Shown here one piece after another: positions 43,215-52,568 of a stretch of DNA of 64,000 bases. Source of the stretch: Abditibacterium sp. (GTDB taxonomy: Bacteria > Armatimonadota > Abditibacteriia > Abditibacteriales > Abditibacteriaceae); the NCBI GenBank assembly GCA_965246885.1, contig OZ251992.1, forward strand, positions 3,136,001 through 3,200,000, in the 5' to 3' direction. The notes beneath the pieces are model-generated. The model was given only the letters and a program-made list of their open reading frames with translations. It did no database searches and was not told the DNA's origin. How positions within the stretch are numbered: the first letter of the stretch is position 1; every line of letters begins with the position of its first letter. The position numbers and the translations under genes were made by a program.

Positions 43215-43769
43215 ATGAAGACCGCCCTGCCCTTGAGCGCGATTGCCCTGCTCGTTCTCCTTTGCAAAGCGAAGTGCCAAGCGCAGACGGTTGAACTGCG
43301 CTTGTCCGCGCCTAAAACGACGTGGCGGCTCAAAGACTACCCGCGCTTCGCGGTGACGTTGCGCAACAACAGCGCCGCTCCTCTCACCTTGGTGGAGCCG
43401 GGCGACGGCAGCGAAAGCGGCTGGCGCACCCCGGTCGTCAGTTGGTCGGTTCTGCCCGCCAAAAGCGTCGTCAAACATCCGACGCACGCCACGCCGGGAC
43501 ACATCCTTCGTTGTGGCAACATGAACCCGCTTGCCGCGAGCGAGATTTTCACCCTCGCGCCTCATCAAAGCCGCTCGCTGGGCGGCTGGCTCGGCGTCCC
43601 GCCCCTTCGCAAGCCGGGGCGCTACCGGGTCAAGTTCTTTTACGCCAACATTCCCGGCCAACCTTGGGTGGACGAAGGGCAAAACGACGCTCTCCTCATC
43701 CAGAGAGTGCGGCGAAGCAGCCAGTGTTCGCTCGCCAGCAACGAAATTATCCTCACTATCGTGCGCTAA
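43215..43769 (+). CDS. Hypothetical secreted protein
   Basis: Signal peptide; beta-rich 'PGDGSESGWRTP...PGRYRV...SNEI'. Confidence 0.7.
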   Translation: MKTALPLSAIALLVLLCKAKCQAQTVELRLSAPKTTWRLKDYPRFAVTLRNNSAAPLTLVEPGDGSESGWRTPVVSWSVLPAKSVVKHPTHATPGHILRCGNMNPLAASEIFTLAPHQSRSLGGWLGVPPLRKPGRYRVKFFYANIPGQPWVDEGQNDALLIQRVRRSSQCSLASNEIILTIVR

Positions 43770-43778
43770 GGTGTCGCC

Positions 43779-44336
43779 TCACTCCGGCACGGCGCGGATG
43801 ACGCGGCAGGGGTTGCCCGCCGCGACAACGTTGGCGGGAATGTTTTTGGTCACGACGCTTCCGGCGCCAATGACGGTGTTGTTGCCGATGGACACACCCG
43901 GCAAGATGATGGCGCCGCCGCCAATCCAGACGTTGTGGCCAATGTTTATGGGCGTGCCCAATTCGAGCATGGCCACGCGCGTCGCGGCGTCGAGCGGGTG
44001 GTGGGCGGTGTAAATCTGCACGTTGGGGCCGAGCATGACGTTGTCGCCGATAGTAATCAGGGCGACATCGAGTAGGACGCAGCCGAAGTTGGCGTAGAAG
44101 TTGTCGCCGAGAACGATGTTGGTGCCGTAGTCGCAGCGAAAGGGCGGCTCGATTTCGATGCGCGGCCCCATCTTGCCCAAAAAGCGGTTGAGCAGGGCGC
44201 GGCGCACGTCGCGCTCGCTCGCTCGCGTGGAGTTGTAAGCGCCGGTCATGTCGCGCGCGGTTTGGCGCAGCTTGACCAGTTCCGGGTCGGCAGCGTTGTA
44301 GAGCGCGCCCGCCAGCATCTTTTGGCGCTCGGTCAT
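43779..44336 (-). CDS. Maltose/galactoside O-acetyltransferase family
   Basis: 'KMLAGALY', 'CDYGTNI', hexapeptide repeats, 'AAGNPCRVI'. Confidence 0.93.
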   Translation of the reverse strand: MTERQKMLAGALYNAADPELVKLRQTARDMTGAYNSTRASERDVRRALLNRFLGKMGPRIEIEPPFRCDYGTNIVLGDNFYANFGCVLLDVALITIGDNVMLGPNVQIYTAHHPLDAATRVAMLELGTPINIGHNVWIGGGAIILPGVSIGNNTVIGAGSVVTKNIPANVVAAGNPCRVIRAVPE

Positions 44337-44818
44337 GCGTCCCTCGTGAGCAAGTCGCCCCCAAACAGCGCCGCCGCGAGGCAAATATAGATGAACAGGA
44401 GCGACTTGGGCTGCAAGTGCCGCTCGAAGCCGGGCTTGTAGCGCTCCGGCGCGACGTGGTAATCCACGACATACGCGAACAGCGACATCCCCACCGCTCC
44501 CAATGCGCACACGCCATACTTCCCCCGTCGCCGCGCGCGCGCGAACAGCCACTCGTGCATGTAAGCCCAGCCCGCGATGGAGACGTTGTTAAGCAGGAGC
44601 GCCGTGCCGGTGTATTTGAGGGACAGTTCGCGCTTGTCGAACGCTTCGTCCCCAAAGGCAATGTGCGCGATGGCGTTGAGCGGCGAAATGGCGTCGGAGT
44701 CTTCCATCTGCCCCGCCAGCATCACCGACGCGGCTCCGACAGTTCCGGCCAATGCCGCCTTGGGCGCGCCAGAGATGAGGGTGTCGCGCGCGCGGGCCAT
44801 TAAAAAGTCGCGGTTCAT
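44333..44818 (-). CDS. Hypothetical membrane protein
   Basis: 'PLNAIAH...AYVVDYHVAPERYKPGFE'; overlaps downstream start. Confidence 0.75.
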   Translation of the reverse strand: MNRDFLMARARDTLISGAPKAALAGTVGAASVMLAGQMEDSDAISPLNAIAHIAFGDEAFDKRELSLKYTGTALLLNNVSIAGWAYMHEWLFARARRRGKYGVCALGAVGMSLFAYVVDYHVAPERYKPGFERHLQPKSLLFIYICLAAALFGGDLLTRDA

Positions 44819-44831
44819 GGGGGTGTAGTGT

Positions 44832-44949
44832 GGGGCAAGCGACTGAAGTCGCAGCCAGCGGAATCGTCGGCCTTCGCCGACGGAGCAACAGTTCATCCCG
44901 TCGGCGAAGGCCGACGATTCCGCTGGCTGCGACTTCAGTCGCTTGCCCC
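44832..44949. repeat. REPIN-like nested-palindrome hairpin, copy 4
   Basis: 52-bp perfect arms 44832-44883 and 44898-44949. Confidence 0.95.
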
Positions 44950-44952
44950 CAT

Positions 44953-44988
44953 AAAAAAGCGCGGCCACCTTATCGGTGGCCGCGCTTT
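44953..44988 (-). terminator. Intrinsic terminator of general stress gene
   Basis: aaagcgcggccacc-ttatc-ggtggccgcgcttt with U tract on minus strand. Confidence 0.8.
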
Positions 44989-45004
44989 CATCGTTGCTCC
45001 GGCT

Positions 45005-45532
45005 TTACATGGCGCCGGTGCGACCGCCGTGTTGGGCGAGGATTTGCGCAACGGCGGCGTTGTTGAGGTCGCCGGTGTCCACGACGACGAGGGTGCCGCC
45101 GTTTTCGATGGCCGTCCCGTAGTGCTGCGCTTCGCGCTCATCGTAGCCCGCACGGGTGAGGGCTGAGGCAACGAGGCCCGTCGTGCCGCCGACAACGGCG
45201 CCCGCGACGGCACCGCCGCCAACCGCGCCCAAGGCAGTTGACAACAGCGTGCCCGCCGTAATGAAGGGGCCAACTCCGGGAATAAGCGCCGCCGCGATGC
45301 CGAACAAGGCGCCTGCGCCCATACCGGCGAGAGTGCCGCGCGCGACATCGCTGCCTGCGTCGTCATGGGTAGCGCCGGTGCCAACGCCCGAAACGCCGTC
45401 GCCTTGGCGGGCGATGATGGAAAAGTGGGACTCCGAAACGCCCTGCGCGCGGATGGCGTTCACGGCGGCTTCGGCCTGAGCGCGGTTGTCAAATAAAGCC
45501 GAAACGCGGCTTCCCGATTGTGTGCTGGTCAT
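45005..45532 (-). CDS. General stress protein (YflT-like, Gly-rich membrane hairpin)
   Basis: 'ALFDNRAQAEAAV', 'IPGVGPFITAG', 'EAQHY...GGTLVVV'. Confidence 0.8.
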   Translation of the reverse strand: MTSTQSGSRVSALFDNRAQAEAAVNAIRAQGVSESHFSIIARQGDGVSGVGTGATHDDAGSDVARGTLAGMGAGALFGIAAALIPGVGPFITAGTLLSTALGAVGGGAVAGAVVGGTTGLVASALTRAGYDEREAQHYGTAIENGGTLVVVDTGDLNNAAVAQILAQHGGRTGAM

Positions 45533-45636
45533 GGTGGTAAAGGAACTTTCGATTCTCCAAGCGAAAGCCGCGCCCCGTTAAAGCAAGACTGGCGCCACTT
45601 TGCCCCATCCGGTGCGAGGGGAAACCCTTGGCTTGC

Positions 45637-46758
45637 TTAGGCGCCCTTTAAGCGGTCGGGGTTGAGGCCGTGCAACGCGTCGGGCACGAACAGGCCATCT
45701 TTGCGAATCAGTTCACCGTCGAAGAAAACCTCGCCGCCGCCGTATTCGGGGCGCTGGATGCACACCATGTCCCAGTGAACCTCGCTCCTGTTGCCGTTGT
45801 CGGCGGCTTCGTAGGCTTGGCCGGGGGTGAAGTGGAAGCTGCCCGCGATCTTCTCGTCGAACAAGATGTCTTTCATCGGCTGGAGGATGTAGGGGTTATA
45901 GCCAAACGACCACTCGCCGATATAGCGGGCGCCTTCGTCGGTGTCCAGCACCTCGTTGAGTTTTTGGGTTTGCGAACTGGTGGCCTCGACGATCTTCCCA
46001 TCCTTGAAGACGAGGCGCACGTTCTCGTGGGTGACGCCATGCTCGATGGTGGGCGCGTTATATTGGAGGACGCCGTTGACCGAATCGCGCACAGGCGCAG
46101 TGAAGCACTCGCCGTCGGGGATGTTGCGGTCGCCAAAGCACGGCACGACGCCGATGTCTTTGATGGAGAACGTGAGTTCGGTTCCCGGCCCGACGATGTG
46201 GACGTGGTCGGCGCGCTCCATCCGTTCGACAAGCGGTTGCACGGCGTCTTTCATGCGCCCGTAGTCGAAGGTGCAAACCTCGAAGAAGAAATCCTCGAAC
46301 GCTTCCGTCGACATCTTGGCTTCTTGGGCCATCGAGGGCGACGGGTAGCGCAACACGACCCACTTGGTCTTCTTCACGCGTTGCTCCATGTGGACTGGGT
46401 GGAGCCAGTGCTTGGTGTAGAGCTTGAGGCGCTCGGAGGGAACATCGGACAACTCCGCCGCGTTATCGGCGCCGCGAACGGCGATATAGGCTTGGACGTG
46501 CTGCATCTGGTGCAAGCCGACCTGCCCATTGAGGAGCATGGCGTCGTCGGTTGCGCCCAAGAACAGGGCGCGCGTGACGGCGCTTTGGCGCACGTTCACC
46601 ATCGCGTTGCCGCCCGCTGCTTGCGCCGCGCGCAGGATGGCAACAGTCAGTTCAGCGGGCACATCGGTAGCTTCGATGAGAATGTTTTCGCCCGGCTGGA
46701 GGCGGGTGGAGTGGCGGATGAGCACATCGGCCAACTGGTCAAAGCGTGGGTCTTTCAT
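45637..46758 (-). CDS. M29 family aminopeptidase (AmpS/AmpT-like)
   Basis: 'NIPDGECFTAP', 'ARYIGE', 'LFDEKIAGSFH', 'VHWDMV'. Confidence 0.93.
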   Translation of the reverse strand: MKDPRFDQLADVLIRHSTRLQPGENILIEATDVPAELTVAILRAAQAAGGNAMVNVRQSAVTRALFLGATDDAMLLNGQVGLHQMQHVQAYIAVRGADNAAELSDVPSERLKLYTKHWLHPVHMEQRVKKTKWVVLRYPSPSMAQEAKMSTEAFEDFFFEVCTFDYGRMKDAVQPLVERMERADHVHIVGPGTELTFSIKDIGVVPCFGDRNIPDGECFTAPVRDSVNGVLQYNAPTIEHGVTHENVRLVFKDGKIVEATSSQTQKLNEVLDTDEGARYIGEWSFGYNPYILQPMKDILFDEKIAGSFHFTPGQAYEAADNGNRSEVHWDMVCIQRPEYGGGEVFFDGELIRKDGLFVPDALHGLNPDRLKGA

Positions 46759-47863
46759 ACGGGTTGAAGTTTGGCGACTTCGCCTCGCCCAGCACATGCG
46801 ACATGCCCTCGCCATCCACATACGCCGGATCGCGCGGCCACTCGTTCGTCCAGCCATCGGGGACGGTGGCAGTCGCGGGCAACAGGTTGTGCGCGCCTTG
46901 GACGGCAACGGGCGGGCGCGGCGTGGTCAGGATTTGATCGGAGCCGACAAAGACGTTGCCGCCGATTTGCGCGCTCGTGCCGGGGTCGTCCAGCGAGATG
47001 AAGCGGATGCGCCCGTTTCCCGCAATGAGCGTGTTGCGCCACAGAAACAACGTGCCCGTGTGCTTGCCGCCCGATTCGCTGCCGAAGAGGATGAACTTGG
47101 CGCCGTTGCCCGTGCGGTCGGGGCGGCTTTGGATGAAGTTGCCGACCAAAACCGCGTTGGAGTTGGGCGTATCGGTCGCGCCGGGGGCGTCCACGAGGCC
47201 CACTTCGCCCTCGTTGGAGCCGGTAATCCAGTTGTCGCGCAGTTCGTTGAAGTGCGCGCGGGACTTGTAGTTTTGGCCGTAGGTCGCGTCGTGGATCCAG
47301 CAGTCGCGCACGAGGACGGCGTTGCCGCTCATATAGAAGTTGTGCGAGTAGCCCGCGAATTTGTCCGTCCCGTTGTGGTCTACTTCGCAGCGTTCGACGG
47401 TCGCGGTTCGCTTGTCGCCGCCGAAGACGCCCATGTCGCAGTCGTGGATGTGGCAGTCGCGGATAGTGGCGCCGGTCGAGTCAAGCAAGCGCACGCCCGC
47501 CGCGTTGTTGCCGTTGCGCGCGTTCTCGATGTCGAGATGCTCCAACACGATATGCGCGCCGGTGATTTCCAACGCGCCGCGCGGCTTTGGCCCGCGCCCC
47601 GACGTGTCCAAGCCGCTCGCGTCGAAGGTGGCGCGCGCCGCGCCGACGCCGCGAATAGTGATGGGCGCCGCGTCGGTGCCAACGGAAGTGATGCGATTAA
47701 CCTCGTGATAGACGCCGGGGTCGAGTTCAACGACATCACCCGCCTTGAGGCGCGGCAACACGGCGGCGAGCGTTTTGTCCGCGCGCTCCGCGCCCACGCG
47801 GTAAGTCGCGGCGCGCGCGCCAAGGGAAAAGGCGAAGACCAGAGCGAGTGAGAGCAAGCGCAT
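46739..47863 (-). CDS. Secreted right-handed beta-helix (pectin-lyase-like) protein
   Basis: Signal peptide; 'GDVVELDPGVY', 'SHNFYM', 'YKSRA', Asn-rich repeats. Confidence 0.8.
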   Translation of the reverse strand: MRLLSLALVFAFSLGARAATYRVGAERADKTLAAVLPRLKAGDVVELDPGVYHEVNRITSVGTDAAPITIRGVGAARATFDASGLDTSGRGPKPRGALEITGAHIVLEHLDIENARNGNNAAGVRLLDSTGATIRDCHIHDCDMGVFGGDKRTATVERCEVDHNGTDKFAGYSHNFYMSGNAVLVRDCWIHDATYGQNYKSRAHFNELRDNWITGSNEGEVGLVDAPGATDTPNSNAVLVGNFIQSRPDRTGNGAKFILFGSESGGKHTGTLFLWRNTLIAGNGRIRFISLDDPGTSAQIGGNVFVGSDQILTTPRPPVAVQGAHNLLPATATVPDGWTNEWPRDPAYVDGEGMSHVLGEAKSPNFNPYERPTL

Positions 47864-47868
47864 GATTT

Positions 47869-48666
47869 CTAAAACAGCCGCGACACTCCCAGCGCGTAGA
47901 AGTAGTCTGGCCCGCCCGCGCGGTTTCCCAAGCCGATTCCGGCGCTGGCGTCGAGTTGCGTGCGCGGGCCGAGCAGTTGCGTGAAGCCGCCGTCCAGATA
48001 CTTGAGCGTTTCGCCGTTGCCGCCGATGGCATACAGTTCGCCGAACGTCCCGACGCGCGGCGACAAGGCGTAGGTGAGCGACGCCGACCCGAAGACTTGG
48101 TTATAGCGGGTGATGCGGGCCGCGCCTTGATTGGCGCTTCGCACGTATCCTAAGTTCAGCGTCGCACCGAGTTTGTCGGACAATTTCAGGTCGCCCGACA
48201 AGCGCACGCCGGGCTGAAAGGCGCGCGTCGCCACGCTCCGCGTGCCCGTCGGAAGGATGGAGTTGACGAGGAGCGCGTACACCGTCCGCTTCGAGGCGCC
48301 CAAGCGGAACTTGCCTTCGAGGAAGAGGTTATCGGCGCCGCTTGAGCGCACGCCGCCCGCGTGCGAGACGAGATAGGACGGAATCCCGATACGCGCTTCG
48401 GCGCGCGCCGCAACCGGGATGCGCACGAGGGCTTGCCCGAAAGCGTAGGACTCCGCCCCGCCAAAGCGCGTGCCCGTCGCGCCCGCCTCGACTTGGACGT
48501 GGCCGCGCGGCACGATGCCCGTGCCGTTGGAAAAGCCGGGACGGTCGGTCGAGATTTGAAGCGGAGCCGCCGCCGCATCGGGCGGCGCGACCTTGGGCGG
48601 GGCGGCTTCCTGCGCGGCGCACAACGTGACGGGCGCAAGGGTGGCAAGAAGAAGTGGGATTTTCAT
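47869..48666 (-). CDS. Outer-membrane beta-barrel 'transporter' (MetA-pathway/CopB-like family)
   Basis: Signal peptide; 'STDRPG', 'VPRGHVQVEAG', 'QLDAS'; terminal Phe. Confidence 0.8.
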   Translation of the reverse strand: MKIPLLLATLAPVTLCAAQEAAPPKVAPPDAAAAPLQISTDRPGFSNGTGIVPRGHVQVEAGATGTRFGGAESYAFGQALVRIPVAARAEARIGIPSYLVSHAGGVRSSGADNLFLEGKFRLGASKRTVYALLVNSILPTGTRSVATRAFQPGVRLSGDLKLSDKLGATLNLGYVRSANQGAARITRYNQVFGSASLTYALSPRVGTFGELYAIGGNGETLKYLDGGFTQLLGPRTQLDASAGIGLGNRAGGPDYFYALGVSRLF

Positions 48667-48684
48667 CGGGCAGAGTATTATGTC

Positions 48685-49863
48685 TCAGCGCCGTCCCAAC
48701 TCCAGCACTGCCCGCGCGATTTCGCGGGCCGCGCCCGGTTTGGCGAGCGTCTTGGCGGATTCTTCCATGCTTTGCAAAGCCGCTTTATCGGCCAATAGGC
48801 CCGCGACCATTTGGAGCAAGCGCGGGCCGTCGCACTCGGCTTGCGGCAGGACGCGCGCGGCCCCGGCGCGCTCGGCCATGCGCGCGTTTTTGGTTTGTTC
48901 GTCGCCGCCCGTTGGCACAAGCGGGACATACAGCGCGGCTTTGCCGAGGGCGCACAACTCCGTGAGCGTGCCTGCCCCGGCGCGGCCCACGACCAAATCG
49001 GCCAGCGCCAACACGTCGCGCAGTTCCTCTTTTACGAAGGGCGTCAGGGCGTAGCGCGCTTGCAATTCGGGCGGAAGCATCAAGCGCGCGCGCGTGAGGC
49101 GGTCGAAGTCGCGCTCCGCTTCGTCGGGCTGGGCGCCGCATTGGTGAATCACGCGGCACGTTCCCAGCAACTCCGGCAAGCACTCCTCGACCGCTCGGTT
49201 CAGCACGCGCGCGCCCAAGCTACCGCCCGTGACATAGACGACGGGCAGAAACTCATCGGACAACCCGAAGTGGGCGACGGCCTTACCCGGCACGCCGCCG
49301 AATATCTGCGGGCGAATCGGGCTGCCCGCGACGAACGCTTTGGCGCGAAGTGACGGCTCCAAGAGCGGCAGCGCCGCGTCCCACGACAGCGCGATGCGCC
49401 GCGCAAAACGCGCGCAAATGCGGTTGGCAAGGCCGATTTGCACCGTCTGCTCGTGGATGAGCACCGGCACTTTCAACAGCCCCGCCGCGACGACGGGCGG
49501 AACCGCGACGTAGCCGCCCGTCGCCAACACGACATCAGGCGCCCACGCGCGCACTATCCCCATCGCCTGCCCCACCCCAACCGGCACGCGCACCCAGTCG
49601 GCCATGTTCTGGAGCGAGAAGTAGCGCCGCAACTTGCCCGTCGCCACCGCCACAAACGGCACGCCCGCCGCCTCGACCTGCTTTCGTTCCATCCCGCCGC
49701 GCGAGCCGACATAGCGAAACTCCGTGCCCGGTTCGAGTTCGCGCAGTGTCGCTATCAGCGCCAAGGCGGGCGAAATATGCCCCGCCGTCCCACCCCCCGT
49801 CACCAAAACACGAAGCGGACGCGAGGAAGACAACGAAGAGGGCGGCGAGGAAGGCGAACTCAT
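48685..49863 (-). CDS. murG: Lipid II N-acetylglucosaminyltransferase
   Basis: 'GGGTAGH', 'GKLRRY', 'TGGYVA', 'IHEQ', 'GGSLGA', 'RAGAGT', 'QTKNA'. Confidence 0.93.
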   Translation of the reverse strand: MSSPSSPPSSLSSSRPLRVLVTGGGTAGHISPALALIATLRELEPGTEFRYVGSRGGMERKQVEAAGVPFVAVATGKLRRYFSLQNMADWVRVPVGVGQAMGIVRAWAPDVVLATGGYVAVPPVVAAGLLKVPVLIHEQTVQIGLANRICARFARRIALSWDAALPLLEPSLRAKAFVAGSPIRPQIFGGVPGKAVAHFGLSDEFLPVVYVTGGSLGARVLNRAVEECLPELLGTCRVIHQCGAQPDEAERDFDRLTRARLMLPPELQARYALTPFVKEELRDVLALADLVVGRAGAGTLTELCALGKAALYVPLVPTGGDEQTKNARMAERAGAARVLPQAECDGPRLLQMVAGLLADKAALQSMEESAKTLAKPGAAREIARAVLELGRR

Positions 49864-49924
49864 GCACCCTCAAGCATCCCAAAAACGGGACGGGCCGCGC
49901 CGAGTGGCGCCTTACACTGGCTCC

Positions 49925-50418
49925 ATGAATCGCTTCTGGGTTTTCCCGCTCGCGTTGGGCGTTGCGTTCGCGCTGGGAATAACGCTTGCCGACGCGGAAA
50001 TGCGCGTTCCAAGGATGTTTGCCTATAGCCCCTCCCTGTTCTACGCCCCTTTCTCGCTCCACTATATGTGGTTGTCTTTTCTCGTCTCGGCGCCTTCATA
50101 GGGCTTGTTGCGGGCGCGTTTGATACATTCTTGAACGTCGGTAAACGGCGCGGTGGGAAACAATTGGTCGGCAACCTCGCATGGTGTCTGGGTTACGCCC
50201 ATGTGTTCATCATCCCGTGCGCCGTGAGCGAGGCGTTATTGCTCTCCTCTTCTGGCATGACACCAAAGCCTCCTGCTGGCATTCTCGTCTACGCACCTCT
50301 CCTCTTTTGGCTGCTCGCCATCTGTTGGGCTACCGTCCGCACCATTGCCGCGCCGGATGTGCTGACGCCGCGCGTGTTGGGCGAAAAGCTGCGGCGGTCG
50401 GTGCGGTTGGAGGGTTAA
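49925..50418 (+). pseudogene. Possible frameshifted membrane protein
   Basis: Hydrophobic ORF from ATG 49925 stops at 50101; overlapping hydrophobic frame open 50029-50418. Confidence 0.4.
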
Positions 50419-50462
50419 ACGCCCCCTCTCCGGCACGCGCGTTGCTTGCGGCGAGGGGCGAT

Positions 50463-51695
50463 ATGAAAGCTCTCGTTTGGCATGGCAAGCACCATGTTTC
50501 CGTTGACAACGTTCCCGACGCGACCATCGAGAAGGCCGATGATGTCGTTCTCAAAATCACCACCACCGCCATCTGCGGCTCCGACTTGCACCTGTACGAC
50601 GGCGTCATCCAGACCATGAAGTCCGGCGACATTCTCGGCCACGAGTTCATGGGCGAAGTCGTCGCGGCGGGCAAGGATGTCACCAGCGCCAAGGTCGGCG
50701 ACCGCGTCGTCGTGCCGTTCAACATCGCGTGCGGCCACTGCTTCTTCTGCCAAAAGTCGCTCTTTTCGGCGTGCGACAACTCCAACCCCAACGGCGAAAT
50801 CAGCGAGAAACTCTATGGCCAACCCGCCGCCGGAATGTTCGGCTACTCGCATATGTTCGGCGGCTACATGGGCGGCCAAGCGCAATACGCGCGCGTCCCG
50901 TTCGCCAACAATCAGGTCTTCCAAGTGCCCTCGCACTTCCCCGACGAGATGGTGCTGTTTCTCACCGACATCTTTCCGACCGGCTACATGGCCGCCGAAA
51001 ACGCGCAAATCCAGAAGGGCGACACCGTTGCCATCTGGGGCGGCGGGCCGGTGGGCTTGTTCGCCGCCAAGTCCGCCTTCTTGATGGGCGCCGAAAAGGT
51101 CATCATCCTCGAAAACGTGCCGGAGCGCCTCAACCTCGCCCGGCAAATCGGCTGCGAAACCATAGACTTCGAGGAGGATAAGGACGACAACATCTTCGAC
51201 CAACTCAAGCAGAAGACCCAAGGGCGCGGCCCCGACTCGTGTATTGATGCCGTTGGCCTCGAAGCGCACGGCACCTCCCCCGGCGAAATCTACGACTGGG
51301 TGAAGATGGGCCTGCGCCTCGCCACCGACCGCCCCAACGTCTTGCGCCAAGCCATCCAAGCCTGTCGCAAGGGAGGCACCGTTTCGGTTCCCGGCGTCTA
51401 CGCGGGCTTTCTCGACAAATTCCCCTTTGGCGCCGCGTTCTCCAAGGGCCTCACTTTCAAGATGGGCCAAACCCACACGCACCGCTACATCAAGCCTCTG
51501 CTGGAGCACATAGAAAAGGGCGACATTGACCCAACGTTTCTGATTAGCCACGTCTTGCCCCTCGACCTCGCCCCCGAAGGCTACGAGACCTTCAAAAACA
51601 AAAAGGACGGCTGCACCAAAATCGTCCTCAAGCCCTTCGAGGAGAAGACCGCAGGTAAAATCCGCGACTTCATGACCCCCGAATCCAAAGCGTGA
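50463..51695 (+). CDS. Zinc-dependent alcohol dehydrogenase (MDR, formaldehyde-dehydrogenase-like)
   Basis: 'ICGSDLH', 'GHEFMG', 'CGHCFFC...C', 'TDIFPTG', 'GGGPVG'. Confidence 0.95.
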   Translation: MKALVWHGKHHVSVDNVPDATIEKADDVVLKITTTAICGSDLHLYDGVIQTMKSGDILGHEFMGEVVAAGKDVTSAKVGDRVVVPFNIACGHCFFCQKSLFSACDNSNPNGEISEKLYGQPAAGMFGYSHMFGGYMGGQAQYARVPFANNQVFQVPSHFPDEMVLFLTDIFPTGYMAAENAQIQKGDTVAIWGGGPVGLFAAKSAFLMGAEKVIILENVPERLNLARQIGCETIDFEEDKDDNIFDQLKQKTQGRGPDSCIDAVGLEAHGTSPGEIYDWVKMGLRLATDRPNVLRQAIQACRKGGTVSVPGVYAGFLDKFPFGAAFSKGLTFKMGQTHTHRYIKPLLEHIEKGDIDPTFLISHVLPLDLAPEGYETFKNKKDGCTKIVLKPFEEKTAGKIRDFMTPESKA

Positions 51696-51708
51696 AACCC
51701 CTGATGGG

Positions 51709-51740
51709 AAGGCCCGTCGAGACATGTCTCGACGGGCCTT
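51709..51740. terminator. 32-bp perfect palindrome between convergent genes
   Basis: aaggcccgtcgagaca|tgtctcgacgggcctt. Confidence 0.65.
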
Positions 51741-51761
51741 GCTATTGTCGCGCAGAGCCGC

Positions 51762-52472
51762 TCAGTCCACTTCCTCATCATGCTCGGAACTCTTCACGCT
51801 GATGGGGGTTTCCAAGTCGGCGTTCTCTTTCAGAATATTTTCTAACGCTTCCACGCGCGAAACGGACTTGCGCCATTCCTTAGCTGTCTCGCGGTTGGCG
51901 GGGTTTTGCAGCGTCTCACGGCGAACGGCTAAGAACGCGCCCAGCCATGCGGCTTCGTCGGCGGAAGGGTCGGTGGCTTGTTCATACGTGCGGCCAATCA
52001 TGGCGGGCACGCCATCGGGGTCTTTATCGTTGCCGTGCTGGATAACCGAATCGAACAGGATGGCGTAGGCAATGGGGCTTTGCAGGCCCAATTCTTCGAC
52101 GTGCCCTTGCGCGGGCTGGCCGAAGATGCGGTCAACCACGCTCGCATACGCTGCGTTGAAGTCGTCGTCTTTGGCGGCTTCCTCCCACAACTTTTTGAAT
52201 CCCGCGTCGTCCAGCCCGGAAGTGTCGTCGCTTCCTTGCGAGTGCAAGCGGCGCAATTCATCGAGCATCGGCTCCAAATCGTTGCCGGGGTTGGTGCGCC
52301 CATACTCCTCGACGCACGCGACAACTTCCTCGTCGGCGGTGGTAAACCCGGCCCAGCCGCAGGTGTAGCCGCGCCCATCGCCCAAATCTTCGACGGAAGC
52401 GGTCGAAAGCTCGCTGTCGCCGGTTTCAAAAACGCAGGTGATTTTCTGAGATAGCAATTGGTGTTGATTCAT
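51762..52472 (-). CDS. GH46 chitosanase-like protein without signal peptide
   Basis: 'VFETG...VEDLGDGRGYT.G..GFTT', 'DSVIQHG', 'WLGAFLAVR'; RBS gagggg before ATG. Confidence 0.85.
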   Translation of the reverse strand: MNQHQLLSQKITCVFETGDSELSTASVEDLGDGRGYTCGWAGFTTADEEVVACVEEYGRTNPGNDLEPMLDELRRLHSQGSDDTSGLDDAGFKKLWEEAAKDDDFNAAYASVVDRIFGQPAQGHVEELGLQSPIAYAILFDSVIQHGNDKDPDGVPAMIGRTYEQATDPSADEAAWLGAFLAVRRETLQNPANRETAKEWRKSVSRVEALENILKENADLETPISVKSSEHDEEVD

Positions 52473-52568
52473 CGCGCCCCTCTCGTGCTTGATTCGCGCC
52501 AAAACGCGGACAACGCTCAGGTGGCGAAACTGAGGGCAGCTGTTTTTCGACCCTTCTTTTCCTGCTCC

